Positions 61,438-64,000 of a stretch of 64,000 bases of DNA are shown one piece after another. The notes beneath the pieces were generated by a model that was not told the DNA's origin, did not search any database, and saw nothing but the letters and a program-made list of their open reading frames with translations. The position numbers and the translations under genes were made by a program. The stretch is from Desulfomonilia bacterium. Its GTDB lineage: Bacteria; Desulfobacterota; Desulfomonilia; UBA1062. Location: the NCBI GenBank assembly GCA_963664325.2, contig CAXXDQ010000003.1, positions 768,001 to 832,000 on the forward strand, given 5' to 3'. The first letter of the stretch is position 1; the number at the start of each line of letters is the position of its first letter.

Positions 61438-64000
61438 TCAGGTTTTGCTGATGCGTTCTTTGATTCTATTAAGGATGTTCAGGGCTTCAAGAGGGGTCGT
61501 GCTTGAAAGGTCTATCTCTCTTATCCGGTTTATTATTTCTGTTTCAAGCGAGGGTTCTTCAGTATCAGGTTTTGACGAATCGAAAATACTTGTCTGTGTC
61601 ATGGTGCCGGAGCCCGAGGATAAGCCCACGGTCTTTGCCTTTCTGTCTATGCTGCCTAAAACCAGCCTGGCATTTGCGATAACCTCTTCTGGGATGCCTG
61701 CAAGCTTGGCCACATGGATGCCGTAGCTTCTGCCTGTTGAACCCCGCCTGACCTCTCTGATAAATACGACATCATGGCCGCTTTCTTCGACAGCCATGTG
61801 ATAGTTTTTGATGCCCTTGTTCTTCCGGGCAAGATCGGCAAGTTCATGATAGTGGGTGGCGAAGAAAGTTTTTGCGCCAAGCCTGTCGAGATATTCCGAA
61901 ACCGCCCAGGCCAGAGACATGCCGTCATACGTTGATGTTCCCCGGCCGATTTCATCCAGGATCACAAGGGAAGACTGAGTTGCATTCTTGAGAATATCGG
62001 CAGTTTCACTCATTTCGACCATAAACGTACTCTGTCCTGTAGAAAGGTTGTCGGAGGCGCCGATGCGTGTGAAAATCCTGTCGGTAATTCCGAGAGAAGC
62101 ATATTTTGCCGGCACAAACGAACCTATCTGGGCCATTATTGCAATAAGGGCAATCTGGCGCATGTATGTTGATTTTCCGGCCATGTTGGGCCCTGTAATG
62201 ATATGAATAGTGTCGGTCCCGGGATCGAACCTGCAGTCATTGGGGACGAATTCCCCGGGTCTCAGAACCTTTTCGACAACAGGGTGCCGCCCGGCTTTTA
62301 TCTCGATTACCCGTCCCCATTCCACAACTGGTCTTGTATAAGCGTTTTCAAGTGCCAGCTGCGCAAGAGATGATATGGTGTCAAGTATTGTAATCTCGTC
62401 GATCGTCTTCCTGAGCCCACTCTGATTAGAAGCGGCGAATTCCTTCAGCTCGTTGAAGATTCTGGCCTCGATTTTTAGGATCAGGTCCTGTGCATTAAGA
62501 AGTCTTACTTCATACTCCTTCAGCTCCGGCGTAATATAGCGTTCGGCATTGACAAGGGTTTGCTTGCGTATGTAGCTCTCGGGAACCTTGTCGGAATGGG
62601 CCTTGGTAACCTCGATATAATAACCGAAAACGCGGTTGTATCCTATCTTGAGAGACGCAATACCAGTTGTTGATTTTTGTTCCGTCTCATGCGCTGCAAT
62701 CCATTTTCTGGAATCTCTTCTTATTTCCCTCAATTCGTCAAGTTCTGCGTCAACTCCGTTTCCGATGACAGGTGCATCTCCAAGTTTGGCAGGAGGGTCG
62801 CTGACAAGAGTTTCCTTTATCCTCTTTATTATATGTTCAAGAGGGTCAAGCCCCAGATTTTTTAAAAGGTGGTTTGAACATCCTCCAAGGGGTGATTTAA
62901 GAAAAGGGACCTGTTCAAGTCCCTGGGCCAGGGAATACAAATCCCTTGGGGTCGCCCTGTCTGAAACTATCCTGCCCAGGATACGTTCAAGATCATACAC
63001 GGTTTTCAGGGCTTCGCGGATATCTGACAATGCTTTTTGATTATCTTTCAGTTCACTCAGGGCATCGAGCCTTTCATTGATCGCCCCCTCATCCATTAAC
63101 GGGAAATTGAGCCAGTCGGTGAGCCTTCTTGAACCCATTGCAGTTTTTGTCCTGTTGATTATGTAAAAAAGACAATCCTCTTTTGATTTCGACAAGGACT
63201 CGAACAGCTCGAGATTGCGCTTTGTGTTTGCCCCGAGCATCATGTAAAGGCCGGGGTTGTAGAATTTCAGAGATGTGATGTTGCCGGATGCGGATTTTTG
63301 TTTTTCCTTTACGTAATTCAAAACCATAACCGCTGCAGCAGCTGCGGCATGATGATCACCAAGGCCTAACCCGGACAGGGAAGCTGTCCTGAAATGCGAG
63401 CATAGTATTTCCCGGCTTTTATCAGATGAAGGCATATTTTCTACGATGCTCGTATAAAAACCTTGCGGGACTATGGTCGCATCGTGGCATAGAATCTCAC
63501 TCGGTGATATGCGGGAGACCTCGCTTATAAAATCATCATGGCTCATCATCTCCGTGACGCGAAAATCTCCCGTAGTGATATCCGTAAAGGCTATACCATA
63601 AGGGCTCATTTTATCATCGTGAAAGACAGCCATCAGATAATTCGGCCTGTTGCTGTCAAGGTGCGGTTCTTCGTTAACGAGACCTGGGGTTAAGACCTGT
63701 ACGACTTCGCGTCTGACAAGTCCTTTGCCGTTTATCTCTCCCTGCTCGCATACCGCAACCTTTTTGCCTGCCTTTATCAGTTTTGCGACATAAGAGGTTG
63801 CGCTGTGGTACGGCACACCGCACATCGGAACGGGATTCTCTTTTGCCTTGTCACGGGTTGTCAGGACAATGCCTAGGATTTTTGAAGCCTCTACAGCATC
63901 CTGATAGAACATTTCGTAGAAATCACCCATGCGGTAAAACAGAATGGCATCCATATGCTGATTTTTGATCTCATGATACTGCTGCATCATGGGAGTAAAC
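61438..64000 (-). CDS. mutS: DNA mismatch repair protein MutS (start just outside the window)
   Basis: TPMMQQY, FYRMGDFYE, GPNMAGKST, STFMVEM, DEIGRGT, ATHYHEL, SYGIHVA. Confidence 0.97.
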   Translation of the reverse strand, partial: FTPMMQQYHEIKNQHMDAILFYRMGDFYEMFYQDAVEASKILGIVLTTRDKAKENPVPMCGVPYHSATSYVAKLIKAGKKVAVCEQGEINGKGLVRREVVQVLTPGLVNEEPHLDSNRPNYLMAVFHDDKMSPYGIAFTDITTGDFRVTEMMSHDDFISEVSRISPSEILCHDATIVPQGFYTSIVENMPSSDKSREILCSHFRTASLSGLGLGDHHAAAAAAVMVLNYVKEKQKSASGNITSLKFYNPGLYMMLGANTKRNLELFESLSKSKEDCLFYIINRTKTAMGSRRLTDWLNFPLMDEGAINERLDALSELKDNQKALSDIREALKTVYDLERILGRIVSDRATPRDLYSLAQGLEQVPFLKSPLGGCSNHLLKNLGLDPLEHIIKRIKETLVSDPPAKLGDAPVIGNGVDAELDELREIRRDSRKWIAAHETEQKSTTGIASLKIGYNRVFGYYIEVTKAHSDKVPESYIRKQTLVNAERYITPELKEYEVRLLNAQDLILKIEARIFNELKEFAASNQSGLRKTIDEITILDTISSLAQLALENAYTRPVVEWGRVIEIKAGRHPVVEKVLRPGEFVPNDCRFDPGTDTIHIITGPNMAGKSTYMRQIALIAIMAQIGSFVPAKYASLGITDRIFTRIGASDNLSTGQSTFMVEMSETADILKNATQSSLVILDEIGRGTSTYDGMSLAWAVSEYLDRLGAKTFFATHYHELADLARKNKGIKNYHMAVEESGHDVVFIREVRRGSTGRSYGIHVAKLAGIPEEVIANARLVLGSIDRKAKTVGLSSGSGTMTQTSIFDSSKPDTEEPSLETEIINRIREIDLSSTTPLEALNILNRIKERISKT

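Overview
Bacterial chromosomal window. Gene content and order (split T2SS with gspC/exeA/gspB/gspD/gspE next to radA, a divergent second EF-G, a GCFI-type C-terminal sorting signal, a sigma54-like promoter) suggest an anaerobic deltaproteobacterium-like organism (Desulfobacterota-type); this is inference. (1) 1-21.4 kb: AT-rich surface-polysaccharide locus with neuB/neuC/neuA nonulosonic-acid genes, Wzx, Wzy, GT2/GT4/GT-C transferases, a PglC-like priming transferase, five SAM methyltransferases, two ParB/Srx-fold proteins each coupled to a methyltransferase, and a QW-motif protein. (2) 21.5-39.7 kb: core genes (S8 protease, lptFG, ferredoxin, IHF, radA, T2SS genes, divergent fusA, tviB-like dehydrogenase). 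(3) 39.9-52.1 kb: MFS transporter, then a visibly GC-richer catabolic block near tRNA-Gly(GCC): GntR, AprA/AsfA-like flavoprotein, an AprB/AsfB-like ferredoxin split by an inserted GltD/Nfn-like NAD(P)H module, class III aminotransferase, ThDP enzyme, aldehyde dehydrogenase, and a convergent acyl-CoA synthetase. (4) 52.6-64 kb: housekeeping genes (saccharopine-DH-like, aroE, PPi-type pfk, cobB, Tat nitroreductase, DedA-PAP2-LssY, atypical receiver, mutS). Many genes are broken by single-base indels, mostly in short homopolymers; these look like sequencing or assembly errors rather than real pseudogenes. All assignments come from motif recognition by eye; no database search was run.
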